From a virus (lineage: Duplodnaviria > Caudoviricetes): a DNA stretch of 64,000 nt. Numbering within the stretch: the stretch's first letter is position 1; each line of letters opens with the position of its first letter. Below are positions 36,745-46,162 of this stretch, one piece after another. The notes under the pieces are model-generated. The model did not search any database, was not told where the DNA came from, and saw only the letters and a list, made by a program, of their open reading frames with translations. A program made the translations under genes and the position numbers. The stretch is from positions 761 through 64,760 of IMG/VR virus record IMGVR_UViG_3300020727_000019; one strand, 5' to 3'.

Positions 36745-36830
36745 ACAAGCACCATCAAGATGCAAACTGCCATGATGGTCACCATTTGTGCAGTCAAAAC
36801 TAGCACCGAGTCAATGTGTTCTGTTTTCAT
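36738..36830 (-). CDS. Small membrane peptide (not in ORF track)
   Basis: MKTEHIDSVLVLTAQMVTIMAVCILMVLVW with AGGAG RBS. Confidence 0.5.
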   Translation of the reverse strand: MKTEHIDSVLVLTAQMVTIMAVCILMVLVW

Positions 36831-36840
36831 ATCTACTCCT

Positions 36841-37050
36841 TTAAATATAGTTGATTGGGTCTTCACGCTCTGAAACTTCTTGTACTGTGCTTAGTTCCTT
36901 GTACTCCAAGAACAACTCGTAAAAGATAAGTGCAAGCAACAAGCCTGTAAATATCAGCAAACCCTTGTTGATTAACGCATCGCCATTAAGACCAAAACGC
37001 ATGGTCTGCATGGATAGCAAACTAATGATTACCAAATTCATCTTACTCAT
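36841..37050 (-). CDS. Small membrane protein
   Basis: Hydrophobic GLLIFTGLLLALIFYELF. Confidence 0.55.
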   Translation of the reverse strand: MSKMNLVIISLLSMQTMRFGLNGDALINKGLLIFTGLLLALIFYELFLEYKELSTVQEVSEREDPINYI

Positions 37051-37253
37051 TTGACGTTTCCTCCTTTGTTATTAACACCTGTTAACATGTTGTAGTCTGT
37101 TACAACAATATAGTTTGATTTGTGCATGGGCACGATTGTGTGCTTGCGCTTTTTGGCTTCAGATTGTCCACAGTCCATGCAGAGCTTGAAACCGAGTGCC
37201 CAGCGTTTTGGTGCGACATCTGCACCGCAACACCTACAAAATGCTTTTAGCAT
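37047..37253 (-). CDS. Zinc-finger protein (CxxC-x-CxxC)
   Basis: CRCCG...RWALGFKLCMDCG...HTIVPMHKSNY. Confidence 0.75.
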   Translation of the reverse strand: MLKAFCRCCGADVAPKRWALGFKLCMDCGQSEAKKRKHTIVPMHKSNYIVVTDYNMLTGVNNKGGNVK

Positions 37254-37280
37254 GATTTACTCCATTGTAAAGTGGTGAAA

Positions 37281-37605
37281 TGTTCCGTTTGTTCCGCATG
37301 TTCCAAATCGGCAAAATGAAAAAAAGTTATTTAAAATCATAGGCTTAGGCGCTTCGTTGTCGCCCTGTTCCAATGTTCCAGTGATATAACGACCTTTCCA
37401 AGACCGCCCAAAAGCGGAACAAGCCACATACTTAACATTGTAAAGTAGTGTAGCAACTTGGAGAGTGTTCTTATATATATGGAACATTGGAACATTATAT
37501 AAAAAAAGCCGATTTTCCCTTTAAAATCAATGACTTGCCGTGTTCCAGTCGAACGGAACATTGCGGAACATGCGGAACAGAGCCAAACTTATTAACATGT
37601 GTTAA
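37281..37605. repeat. Origin-like locus: nested 15-bp inverted repeats of TGTTCC/GGAACA units with IHF-like sites
   Basis: TGTTCCGCATGTTCC 37290-37304 / GGAACATGCGGAACA 37565-37579; TGTTCCAATGTTCCA 37366-37380 / TGGAACATTGGAACA 37480-37494; AATCAATGACTTG 37525-37537. Confidence 0.7.
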
Positions 37606-37675
37606 CAAATTGGTGTGCATCATCATCATCTTGTGCAACTATCATGAAATGATTCGGGACACAAAATTTGAGGCG

Positions 37676-37701
37676 AAGAAAAAGCCCGCCGAAGCGGGCT
37701 T
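37676..37701 (-). terminator. Rho-independent terminator after the first early gene
   Basis: AAGCCCGC-TTCG-GCGGGCTT then TTTCTT on the - strand. Confidence 0.85.
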
Positions 37702-37718
37702 GATTTGAACGGTGTCGA

Positions 37719-38249
37719 TTAGACTGGCTTGCTCATTGTGGTGCGTGCATTGTGCAAGTGGAAAAGTACATCAGTAATCAAGTAAGGGCGGGACTCGGCT
37801 TTTTCCAAGCGCTTGATTAGAGCGTTAAGCATTTCAAGGTCTTTTGTCTCATCGCTCGCTTTGGGTTCGTTGCTCTCATCTTTTACTTTAGGGAAAGCAT
37901 AAGACAACACACGGGCAAAGTAAGTGCCACACGTTGAGCGTGCATCTTTTTTGGCTTGATTCACGTCTTCCCATTGTGCTTTTTCGGCATCGCTCAACTC
38001 ATTGTACTCTTTAGAACCCTTGCGAGGTAGTTCGGTGTTGAGTGCTTTAGCGTGCTTTGTGGGTAAAGCGGGGAGAATAGCATCGGCGATGAATTGGGCC
38101 TTCACACCTTCAAGAGCGCTCGCTGTACCGAAAAATTCGGCATTGGCTTTGCCACAGTTAACCCATTTTGACGTTGTCGATGTATCGGCCTTGATAGCGT
38201 CTTGAGTGGCTTTAATAACTTCGGTGTATCCAGTTGTTGCATTAGTCAT
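37719..38249 (-). CDS. First early gene, hypothetical helical protein
   Basis: Start at MTNATT with GGAG RBS; has its own promoter and terminator. Confidence 0.75.
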   Translation of the reverse strand: MTNATTGYTEVIKATQDAIKADTSTTSKWVNCGKANAEFFGTASALEGVKAQFIADAILPALPTKHAKALNTELPRKGSKEYNELSDAEKAQWEDVNQAKKDARSTCGTYFARVLSYAFPKVKDESNEPKASDETKDLEMLNALIKRLEKAESRPYLITDVLFHLHNARTTMSKPV

Positions 38250-38320
38250 GTTAAAACTCCAATTTATGAACAGTTGATAATAAGTTGTTTCCAGTAAATT
38301 AATTAACTTACTGAACCTAT

Positions 38321-38349
38321 AGTATAAGCGATAATGGTCTTTTATACAA
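38321..38349 (-). promoter_or_regulatory. sigma70-type early promoter flanked by operator-like boxes
   Basis: TTGTAT-17 nt-TATACT on the - strand; boxes at 38267 and 38368. Confidence 0.55.
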
Positions 38350-38610
38350 GTATTTTTAATAAACATATGAACAGGTGTTAATATTTTCGGGCGGGCCAAG
38401 TGACCCCCCACCCCCCAAAATAGCTTTGGGACTCCGACCATGCTACCTACTTACTAATCTGCACAACCAATCACACACTTTTAAAATCTGTTATAACTAA
38501 AGTATTACATAGGAACACCCCCCGTCATCAATTTAAATCAAACACCCCCGGGGGGTATATATTTTTTAAAAAAAGTTATACAATGCCCGAAAGGAGCCAC
38601 AAAAAGTTCT

Positions 38611-39204
38611 ATGCCAATCTTAGCTACACCAGAAGTTGGGATACCATTTCCCTTCGACACTACACCGGAAGAAATAGAAGACTTCCGTTCTAAAGCCCAT
38701 GCTTACTTTGAAACAATACAGGAACTAATTAAGCAGGGCGCAGATGTAAGCATTACAGCCCAAGATAAGGCTGCATCCCATCAGATCATGGCAGAAGGCA
38801 AACTGCCACCAGTAAAAGATCTAACACCTGGCACGATAATTAATTTAGAAGCAATACTCAGTGAGTGGGATCATGAAGTATTAGATGTTTCAAGGCGGCT
38901 ACGCAACTACATCACAAACAAGTTGATAGCTGAATCCGTAGACCCAGATCCACGCCAGCGTATGAAGGCATTGGAAAACCTAGGCAAAATTTCAAGTGTT
39001 GGTTTGTTTTCAGAACGAATTGACGTCACAGTCACGCACCGCACAGTAGAAGATATTGAGACAGAGCTTATTAAGACTCTAGAGCTATATGGTTCAGATG
39101 TGGTAGATGTTGAAGCAAAAAGCAAGCCAAAAAGTATTGGCGACATGGACTTGGATGAAGAACTAGGGATGGTAAATGGATCCGAGCCTGCTTCTGAAAG
39201 CTGA
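38611..39204 (+). CDS. Terminase small subunit (probable)
   Basis: Directly upstream of and overlapping terL; helical; RMKALENLGKI..VGLFSERI. Confidence 0.6.
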   Translation: MPILATPEVGIPFPFDTTPEEIEDFRSKAHAYFETIQELIKQGADVSITAQDKAASHQIMAEGKLPPVKDLTPGTIINLEAILSEWDHEVLDVSRRLRNYITNKLIAESVDPDPRQRMKALENLGKISSVGLFSERIDVTVTHRTVEDIETELIKTLELYGSDVVDVEAKSKPKSIGDMDLDEELGMVNGSEPASES

Positions 39205-40687
39205 AAAAGTTTTACCCAATTTACCACCCGCTGCACAGCAGAAGGTTGGCGCACTGCTCGCTGAGATTAGGCGTTCCAAAACCAAACAGTTAGCTGCCAA
39301 TGATTTCATGGCATTTGTGAAATACATGTGGCCTGGGTTCATCCACGGCAGACATCATGAGCGCATGGCAAGAGCCTTTGAAGAAGTTGCCCAAGGCAAG
39401 GTCAAACGGCTTATTATTAATATGCCACCACGACATACCAAGTCAGAGTTTGCTTCTTATCTACTGCCAGCTTGGTTTCTAGGGTTATTCCCAGGTAAGA
39501 AAATTATTCAGACTAGTCACACAGCGGAGTTGGCTGTGGGGTTTGGTAGGAAGGTAAGGAACTTAGTCGATGCTGACCACTATAAAGACATATTTCCGGA
39601 AGTCGCTCTACAAGCTGACTCTAAAGCTGCTGGCAGGTGGGCCACTAACTATTCAGGAGAATATTTTGCGATTGGTGTGGGTGGCGCAGTTACGGGTAAA
39701 GGCGCTGACCTCCTCATCATTGATGACCCGCATTCGGAACAAGAAGCTACCTTGGCGGAAGTGAACCCTGAGATATATGATAAGACGTATGAGTGGTACA
39801 CATCAGGGCCACGTCAGCGTCTGCAACCGGGCGGAGCTATTGTGATCGTGATGACACGTTGGTCTAAGAAAGATTTGACGGGTCAAGTACTCAAAGCGGC
39901 TGCTCAAAGGTCAGGGGAAGAGTGGAAAGTGATCGAATTTCCTGCACTTTTACCCTCTGGAAACCCACTTTGGCCCCAATTTTGGTCATTAAAAGAGCTA
40001 GAAGCGCTAAAAACGGAGCTTCCAAACGCAAAATGGATGGCTCAGTACCAGCAACAGCCCACTTCAGACGTGTCTGCCATCATAAAACGGGAGTGGTGGA
40101 GGGTTTGGGAGGAAGATAGTCCCCCATATTGCGAGTTTATTATCCAGTCTTGGGATACTGCCTTCCTAAAAACGGAGCGTAGCGACTATTCTGCGTGTAC
40201 AACGTGGGGAGTTTTCTATTTGCCGGACGATAGGGGCATAAATCAGGCCAATATTATTTTGCTCAATGCGTTTAAACAGCGTATGGAGTTTCCAGAACTA
40301 AAGCAAAGAGCGTATAGGGAATATAAAGAGTGGGAACCCGATACTATTATTGTTGAAGCTAAGGCAGCAGGGTCGCCGTTGATCTTTGAGTTGCGTGCGA
40401 TGGGAATACCTGTGCAAGATTTTACGCCGACTAAAGGTAATGATAAGATAGCTAGGCTGAATTCTGTATCTGACTTGTTTGCAAGTGGGATGGTGTGGGT
40501 TCCTAATACAAGTTGGGCAGAAGAGTTGGTCGAAGAGGTGGCAAGTTTTCCATCAGGAGAGCATGACGATATGGTTGACTCTATGTCTCAAGCTTTAATT
40601 CGTTACAGACGGGGCGGGTTTATTAGATTAGATTCTGATGAACCAGATGAAGTTAAATACTTCCGCCGTAAAAGAGAATACTATTAA
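39176..40687 (+). CDS. terL: Terminase large subunit
   Basis: IINMPPRHTKS (Walker A), LIIDDPH (Walker B), VMTRW, QSWDTA and HDDMVD nuclease motifs. Confidence 0.95.
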   Translation: MDPSLLLKAEKVLPNLPPAAQQKVGALLAEIRRSKTKQLAANDFMAFVKYMWPGFIHGRHHERMARAFEEVAQGKVKRLIINMPPRHTKSEFASYLLPAWFLGLFPGKKIIQTSHTAELAVGFGRKVRNLVDADHYKDIFPEVALQADSKAAGRWATNYSGEYFAIGVGGAVTGKGADLLIIDDPHSEQEATLAEVNPEIYDKTYEWYTSGPRQRLQPGGAIVIVMTRWSKKDLTGQVLKAAAQRSGEEWKVIEFPALLPSGNPLWPQFWSLKELEALKTELPNAKWMAQYQQQPTSDVSAIIKREWWRVWEEDSPPYCEFIIQSWDTAFLKTERSDYSACTTWGVFYLPDDRGINQANIILLNAFKQRMEFPELKQRAYREYKEWEPDTIIVEAKAAGSPLIFELRAMGIPVQDFTPTKGNDKIARLNSVSDLFASGMVWVPNTSWAEELVEEVASFPSGEHDDMVDSMSQALIRYRRGGFIRLDSDEPDEVKYFRRKREYY

Positions 40688-40695
40688 GGATTATT

Positions 40696-43284
40696 ATGGC
40701 TATCCATAAAGCATTGTATGAAGCACCCAAAGGTATTGAAGCTTTGGCTCAAAACGAAGAACCGCTTGAGATTGAAATTGAGAACCCTGATGCGGTGCAT
40801 ATTCATACCGATGGTGTGGATATCAGCATGGAGAAAGGTGTAGATGCCGATGAGTTTAATAGAAACTTGGCAGAAGAAATACCAGAATCATTACTTCAGT
40901 CTATAGCAAGTGAGCTGATCAGCGACTATGAAGAAGATGTGCATTCACGCAAAGACTGGATGCAGACTTACGTTGACGGCCTAGAACTTCTTGGTATGAA
41001 AATGGAAGAGCGCACAGATCCTTGGCTTGGCGCTTGTGGCTTGTACCATCCGTTGCTAACTGAGGCGTTGGTTAAGTTTCAGTCTGAGACTATGATGAGT
41101 ACATTCCCAGCAGCGGGGCCAGTACGTACCCAGATCATAGGCAAAGAAACCCCAGCCAAGAAAGCTGCGGCAGTCCGTGTGCAAGATGATATGAATTATC
41201 AGTTGACGGATGTGATGACCGAGTACCGCACCGAGCATGAGCGCATGTTGTGGGGTTTGGGGTTGTCGGGCAATGCATTCAAGAAAGTGTATTTTGACCC
41301 GCACTTAGACAGGCAAGTATCCATATTTGTCCCCGCAGAAGACATCGTTGTCCCATACGGCGCAAGTAATTTGGAGTCTGCTGAGAGGGTTACGCACGTG
41401 ATGCGTAAGACCGAAAACGAGCTGCGCAGGTTGCAGGTGGCTGGGTTCTACCTAGACATTGACCTAGGTGAGCCAAACAATACGCTCGATGAGGTTGAGA
41501 AAAAGATAGCGGAGAAGATGGGCTTTAGGGCTACAACAGATAGCCGCTATAAGATACTTGAGATTAATGTTGACCTTGACTTGGAAGGTTACGAGCACGA
41601 GGATGAGGAAGGCAACCAGACTGGGATCAAGCTGCCCTATATTGTGACTGTTGAGAAGGGCAGTCAGAAGGTGTTGGCGATACGGCGCAACTGGGAGCCA
41701 GACGATGAGCAGTGCACTAAGCGCAGTCACTATGTCCACTACCCTTACATCCCTGGGTTTGGGTTCTATGCATTTGGGTTGATCCACTTGGTTGGAGCGT
41801 TCGCTAAAGCTGGTACAAGCTTGACTCGTCAGTTGGTAGATGCGGGTACGCTAGCTAACTTGCCCGGTGGCTTCAAGGCCAGAGGCTTGCGTGTCAAGAA
41901 TGATGACACGCCTATCGCTCCAGGTGAGTGGAGGGATGTGGATATCCCTGGTGGCACTATTAAAGATAACTTGTTGCCGCTCCCATACAAGGAGCCAAGC
42001 CAGACTTTAATGACTCTACTACAAGCCATTGTGGAAGAAGGTAGAAGGTTCGCTAATACGGCTGACTTGCAGATTAGTGATATGTCAAGCCAAGCGCCTG
42101 TAGGTACTACGCTGGCTATCCTTGAGCGCACTCTAAAAACTATGAGTGCAGTGCAGGCCCGCATTCACTTTGCGATGAAGCAAGAGTTGGGGCTACTCAA
42201 GAATATTATTGCGGCGTATACCCCAGAAGACTATTCTTATGAGCCTGAGAATGGTAGCCGCAAGGCCAAGCGGTCTGACTATGATGACGTGGATGTGATA
42301 CCTGTTAGCGATCCAAACGCCTCGACAATGGCGCAGAAGATTGTGCAGTATCAAGCTGTGCTTCAGTTGGCACAACAGTCTCCCCAGTTATATAACCTGC
42401 CGCTCTTACATCGTCAGATGTTGGAGGTGTTGGGCATTAAGAATGCTGAGAAGTTGGTTCCGATGGATGAGGATCAGAAGCCTACAGATCCAGTATCCGA
42501 GAACCAGAATGTGCTCAAGGGCAAGCCCGTCAAAGCGTTTGCTTATCAAGATCACAAGTCACATATCGTGGTTCATATGTCTGCTATGCAAGACCCGCAA
42601 GTCATGCAGTTGTTGCAGAACAATCCTAATGCACAGGCTCTACAAGCAGCAATGCAGGCTCATATCAGTGAGCACTTAGGCTTTGAGTATCGTGTACAGA
42701 TTGAGCAGCAGCTTGGTATGTCTCTACCTCCACAACAGGATGAGAGTGGCGAAGAAATCCATATGGATCCCCAAGTGGAAGCTAGGTTGGCTCCGCTACT
42801 TGCACAGGCCGCACAACAGCTATTGCAACAGCATCAAGGTCAAGCTGCTCAACAACAAGCACAGCAACAAGCACAAGACCCGTTGGTACAGATGCAAATG
42901 CAAGAGTTGCAGATTAAGCAGCAAGAGCAAGCACGCAAGGCTCAGAAAGACCAAACGGATGCTATGTTCAAAGCACAACAGATAAAAGTGGATGCACTTA
43001 AAACTGTGATGCAGTCTCGCAACCAGAAACAACTTGGGCTATTGCAAACTGGTGCTGATGTTATAAAGACTATTTCAGAACAAGTTCATCAGAAAAATAC
43101 CCAGATTGCTGACCAAAACCATGACCGTGGGCGCACTGAGTTTCAAACTTTAGCTCGCAATGAGCATGAGAGAAAGAAACAAATTGCGGAACAAAACCAC
43201 GACAAAGGTAGGACAGAAGCTAATATTGAGGCACAAAAACTCAGAAATGCTATGCCTAAACCACCAACAGGAGGTAATGAGTAA
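40696..43284 (+). CDS. Portal protein (P22-like, long Gln-rich barrel tail)
   Basis: 862 aa after terL; GNAFKKVYFD, GFGFYAFGLIH, QAPVGTTLA; C-terminal Q-rich coiled coil. Confidence 0.88.
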   Translation: MAIHKALYEAPKGIEALAQNEEPLEIEIENPDAVHIHTDGVDISMEKGVDADEFNRNLAEEIPESLLQSIASELISDYEEDVHSRKDWMQTYVDGLELLGMKMEERTDPWLGACGLYHPLLTEALVKFQSETMMSTFPAAGPVRTQIIGKETPAKKAAAVRVQDDMNYQLTDVMTEYRTEHERMLWGLGLSGNAFKKVYFDPHLDRQVSIFVPAEDIVVPYGASNLESAERVTHVMRKTENELRRLQVAGFYLDIDLGEPNNTLDEVEKKIAEKMGFRATTDSRYKILEINVDLDLEGYEHEDEEGNQTGIKLPYIVTVEKGSQKVLAIRRNWEPDDEQCTKRSHYVHYPYIPGFGFYAFGLIHLVGAFAKAGTSLTRQLVDAGTLANLPGGFKARGLRVKNDDTPIAPGEWRDVDIPGGTIKDNLLPLPYKEPSQTLMTLLQAIVEEGRRFANTADLQISDMSSQAPVGTTLAILERTLKTMSAVQARIHFAMKQELGLLKNIIAAYTPEDYSYEPENGSRKAKRSDYDDVDVIPVSDPNASTMAQKIVQYQAVLQLAQQSPQLYNLPLLHRQMLEVLGIKNAEKLVPMDEDQKPTDPVSENQNVLKGKPVKAFAYQDHKSHIVVHMSAMQDPQVMQLLQNNPNAQALQAAMQAHISEHLGFEYRVQIEQQLGMSLPPQQDESGEEIHMDPQVEARLAPLLAQAAQQLLQQHQGQAAQQQAQQQAQDPLVQMQMQELQIKQQEQARKAQKDQTDAMFKAQQIKVDALKTVMQSRNQKQLGLLQTGADVIKTISEQVHQKNTQIADQNHDRGRTEFQTLARNEHERKKQIAEQNHDKGRTEANIEAQKLRNAMPKPPTGGNE

Positions 43285-43472
43285 TGGATGTCTTCAGTAC
43301 TTTAATTAAAGAATTTGACGAAAGAGTTTCTCAGATTAAAGACTACATGGCCGAAGGGCGTGTGGAGAATTTTGAGGACTATAAAAAACTTTGTGGGGAG
43401 ATCAAGGGTCTGCTCTTTGCAAGGGGATACACATTAGACCTGCAACGAAATTTAGAGGAATCAGATGAATAA
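43284..43472 (+). CDS. Small conserved protein between portal and GroES
   Basis: G...FEDYKKLCGEIKGL motif. Confidence 0.7.
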   Translation: MDVFSTLIKEFDERVSQIKDYMAEGRVENFEDYKKLCGEIKGLLFARGYTLDLQRNLEESDE

Positions 43473-43881
43473 AATTCTATTGGGTACAAACCCCGATAAT
43501 CCGGTAGTAGTTGGCGCATACAACTATGAGGCGACAGAAGCCGAAAAAGCAAAGCAACTCCCAAGGCCATCAGGCTACAAGATTCTTTGTGCGATTCCCG
43601 AAGTAGAAAAGGAATTTGAAAACGGTATAGCTAAATCTGACGAGACAATTAGAAACGAAGAAGTCTTAACGACTATTTTGTTTGTGGTTGCGATGGGGCC
43701 AGATTGTTATAGCGATAAAAACAAATTTCCCACAGGCCCGTGGTGCAAAGAAGGTGACTTTATTTTGGTTCGGCCAAATGCTGGAGCAAGATTAGTTATC
43801 CACGGCAGAGAATTTAGGATTATTTATGACGACACAGTAGATGCTGTTGTAGATGATCCACGTGGTATTAGACGTAAATAA
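43465..43881 (+). CDS. groES: Phage GroES-like co-chaperonin
   Basis: LPRPSGYKIL, mobile loop ENGIAK, VVAMGPD, KEGDFIL, GREFRIIYDDTVDAVV. Confidence 0.85.
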   Translation: MNKILLGTNPDNPVVVGAYNYEATEAEKAKQLPRPSGYKILCAIPEVEKEFENGIAKSDETIRNEEVLTTILFVVAMGPDCYSDKNKFPTGPWCKEGDFILVRPNAGARLVIHGREFRIIYDDTVDAVVDDPRGIRRK

Positions 43882-43892
43882 AGGAGTACAAA

Positions 43893-44819
43893 ATGCCTGA
43901 ATTTGAAAAACAAGAATTTAAATTTCCCGATGAAGTTGAAGATAGTCCTGAAAACGATATCAGTATTGAAATCGAAGACGATACCCCAACCGAAGATCGT
44001 GGAAAGACACCACTACCAAGACCTCTAGTTGAAGAGCTAGAGAAAGACGAACTTGATTCTTATGATGAGAATGTCAAGGTCAAACTCAAACAAATGCGTA
44101 AGGTTTGGCACGATGAGCGCCGTGAAAAAGAATCTGCATTACGTGAGCAACAAGAGGCTTTAACACTGGCTAGACGTTTGCTAGATGAAAATAAACGAAT
44201 GAAAGGTTTATTGTCGTCAGGCGAGAAAGAATACGTCTCAACTGTGCAAAATGCGGCAAATATGGAGCTGGAAATGGCGAAAAAGGCTTATAAAGAAGCC
44301 TATGACGCTGGTGATACAGATGCCATTATTGAAGCCCAACAAGCCATGCAAGTCGCTAATTTGCGCATAATGCAGGCAAAAAACTACAAACCTACTTTAC
44401 AAGAACCTGAAATTGAAGTACAACCTCAACAACAGCAGGTTCAACAACCTCCTAAACCAGACCAAAGAGCGATGGCGTGGCAAGAACGCAATCAATGGTT
44501 TGGACAAGATGAGGAGATGACTGCCGCTGCTTTAGGCTTACACGAAAAGCTCAAACGCAATGGTGTGGTAGTTGGATCTGATGAATACTATGCGACATTA
44601 GACAAAACAATGCGCAAAAGGTTTGCGGAAAACTTCGAAGAAGAAAAACCCGAACCGACCCGTGCTAAACCTAGCACTGTAGTTGCTCCTGCGGTTAGAA
44701 GCACATCTTCAAACAAGATAAAGCTTAGAACTAGTCAAGTAAGCATTGCTAAAAAACTAGGCTTAACCCCCGAACAATATGCTAGAGAAGCACTAAAACT
44801 GGAGTCCCAAAATGGCTGA
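43893..44819 (+). CDS. Capsid scaffolding protein
   Basis: Acidic coiled coil; C-terminal QVSIAKKLGLTPEQYA; lies before the capsid genes. Confidence 0.75.
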   Translation: MPEFEKQEFKFPDEVEDSPENDISIEIEDDTPTEDRGKTPLPRPLVEELEKDELDSYDENVKVKLKQMRKVWHDERREKESALREQQEALTLARRLLDENKRMKGLLSSGEKEYVSTVQNAANMELEMAKKAYKEAYDAGDTDAIIEAQQAMQVANLRIMQAKNYKPTLQEPEIEVQPQQQQVQQPPKPDQRAMAWQERNQWFGQDEEMTAAALGLHEKLKRNGVVVGSDEYYATLDKTMRKRFAENFEEEKPEPTRAKPSTVVAPAVRSTSSNKIKLRTSQVSIAKKLGLTPEQYAREALKLESQNG

Positions 44820-45261
44820 AAATAGATTGACAAGAGAACTAGAAACACGTGCGGTTGTGGAGCGTCCAAAGCAGTGGTCGCAGCCCGAATTGCTACCCGA
44901 GCCAGACAAGCAGCCCGGATTTGCATACCGTTGGATTCGTGTCTCAACGCTTAATACTTCTGATCCTCGTAATCTTTCTTCAAAGATTCGTGAAGGTTGG
45001 GAGCCTGTTGCGCTTGAGGAACAACCCAAATTTAGACTGTTAGCCGACCCTCAAAGTCGTTATAAAGACAACATTGAAATAGGCGGATTGTTACTTTGCA
45101 AAACTCCTGAAGAGTTTATTGAGCAGCGTGATGAATATTACGCTAAACAAACACAAGCTCAGACGGAAGCTGTAGATAACAATTTAATGCGTCAAAGTGA
45201 CCCAAGAATGCCTATCTTTAAAGAGAGAAAGTCTTCTACGTCCTTTGGAAAAGGTATTTAA
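44812..45261 (+). CDS. Conserved head-region protein
   Basis: YRWIRVST...EGWEPV...GGLLLCKTP. Confidence 0.65.
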   Translation: MAENRLTRELETRAVVERPKQWSQPELLPEPDKQPGFAYRWIRVSTLNTSDPRNLSSKIREGWEPVALEEQPKFRLLADPQSRYKDNIEIGGLLLCKTPEEFIEQRDEYYAKQTQAQTEAVDNNLMRQSDPRMPIFKERKSSTSFGKGI

Positions 45262-45280
45262 ATTTAATCAGGAGTCCTAA

Positions 45281-46147
45281 ATGGCTTATCCAATCATTCC
45301 CGCACCTTACGGGTTTAAGCCTGTCAGTGAGTTCGGTGGATTGCCCTACGCAGGGTCAACCCGCATGTATCCCATTGCCAGTGCCTATAGCACGTCTTTG
45401 TTCAATGGTGACATTGTTCAACTCTCTGGTGGTACTATTGTTACCACTACCATGTCTGCTGCCTCTTCTCCTGGAACTGCTGTTGCAGGTACATTAGGCA
45501 TTTTCCTTGGCGCTGAATATACCAATTCATCCAGCCAAATCGTTCGTGGTCAATACTGGCCTGCCAATACTGTGTCTAACTACGCAGTTGGTTATGTCGT
45601 TGATGATCCACGTACAGTGTTTAAAGCAGTGATGGTTGCCCAAGGTACATCTTTGAGCAATACAGCTTCTACAGTTGGCTATGCTAACGCAACCTTTATT
45701 GGTTCTAACCTCTATGCCGTCACAGGTACAGCAGGTAACACCACTACTGGTGACTCAGCAATGGCTGTCTCTGGTGCTGTTATTAGCTCTGGTACTTCTG
45801 GTAATACTCGTATTGCTTCAGCACTACCCTTCCGTTGCGTTGGTATCGTTCCTGATACAGCCGTTAGCGTTTCAGCCACTGCTTCTACTTCTGGTTCAAG
45901 CACAACTGTGACATTGACTGCTTCAAACTCTGCAATCCAACCTGGTATGCAGTTGATTGCCCCCACAGGCACAGGTTCAGCACAAGGTAACTATATTTCT
46001 GTTACTAACGTGAATGGTACAACCGTGACTGTAAGCAGCGCTGTTACTCTTGCTTCTGGCACAGCAGTAACTTTCATTGGCTATCCCGAAGTTTTGGTTA
46101 CATGGAATGCAACATTCCAAGGTATGACCAATACTGCTGGCGTTTAA
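45281..46147 (+). CDS. Capsid decoration/cement-like protein with inserted beta domain
   Basis: PYGFKPV...LFNGDIV...VVDDP; lies directly upstream of the MCP. Confidence 0.6.
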   Translation: MAYPIIPAPYGFKPVSEFGGLPYAGSTRMYPIASAYSTSLFNGDIVQLSGGTIVTTTMSAASSPGTAVAGTLGIFLGAEYTNSSSQIVRGQYWPANTVSNYAVGYVVDDPRTVFKAVMVAQGTSLSNTASTVGYANATFIGSNLYAVTGTAGNTTTGDSAMAVSGAVISSGTSGNTRIASALPFRCVGIVPDTAVSVSATASTSGSSTTVTLTASNSAIQPGMQLIAPTGTGSAQGNYISVTNVNGTTVTVSSAVTLASGTAVTFIGYPEVLVTWNATFQGMTNTAGV

Positions 46148-46162
46148 TTAAGGAGCTAACAA

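Larger units (their letters stand above)
31686..38381. promoter_or_regulatory. Dispersed palindromic operator-like boxes, consensus TTATTAACA-N2-TGTTAATAA
   Basis: Core T(T/G)AAC(A/T)NNTG(T/A)TAA at 31686, 32739, 33967, 35083, 36082, 36486, 37072, 37592, 38267, 38368. Confidence 0.75.

Noticed and set aside
37281-37580. CRISPR-like array from the repeated GTTCC/GGAAC units
   Set aside because: The units are 6-15 nt, irregularly spaced and arranged as inverted pairs rather than direct repeats with unique ~30-nt spacers. The Cas4-like nuclease at 23137 is a standard phage exonuclease.
37719-38441. 240-aa version of the first early gene, as in the ORF track
   Set aside because: The upstream extension runs through the promoter/operator region with AT-rich, non-protein-like sequence. 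A GGAG RBS supports the start at 38249.
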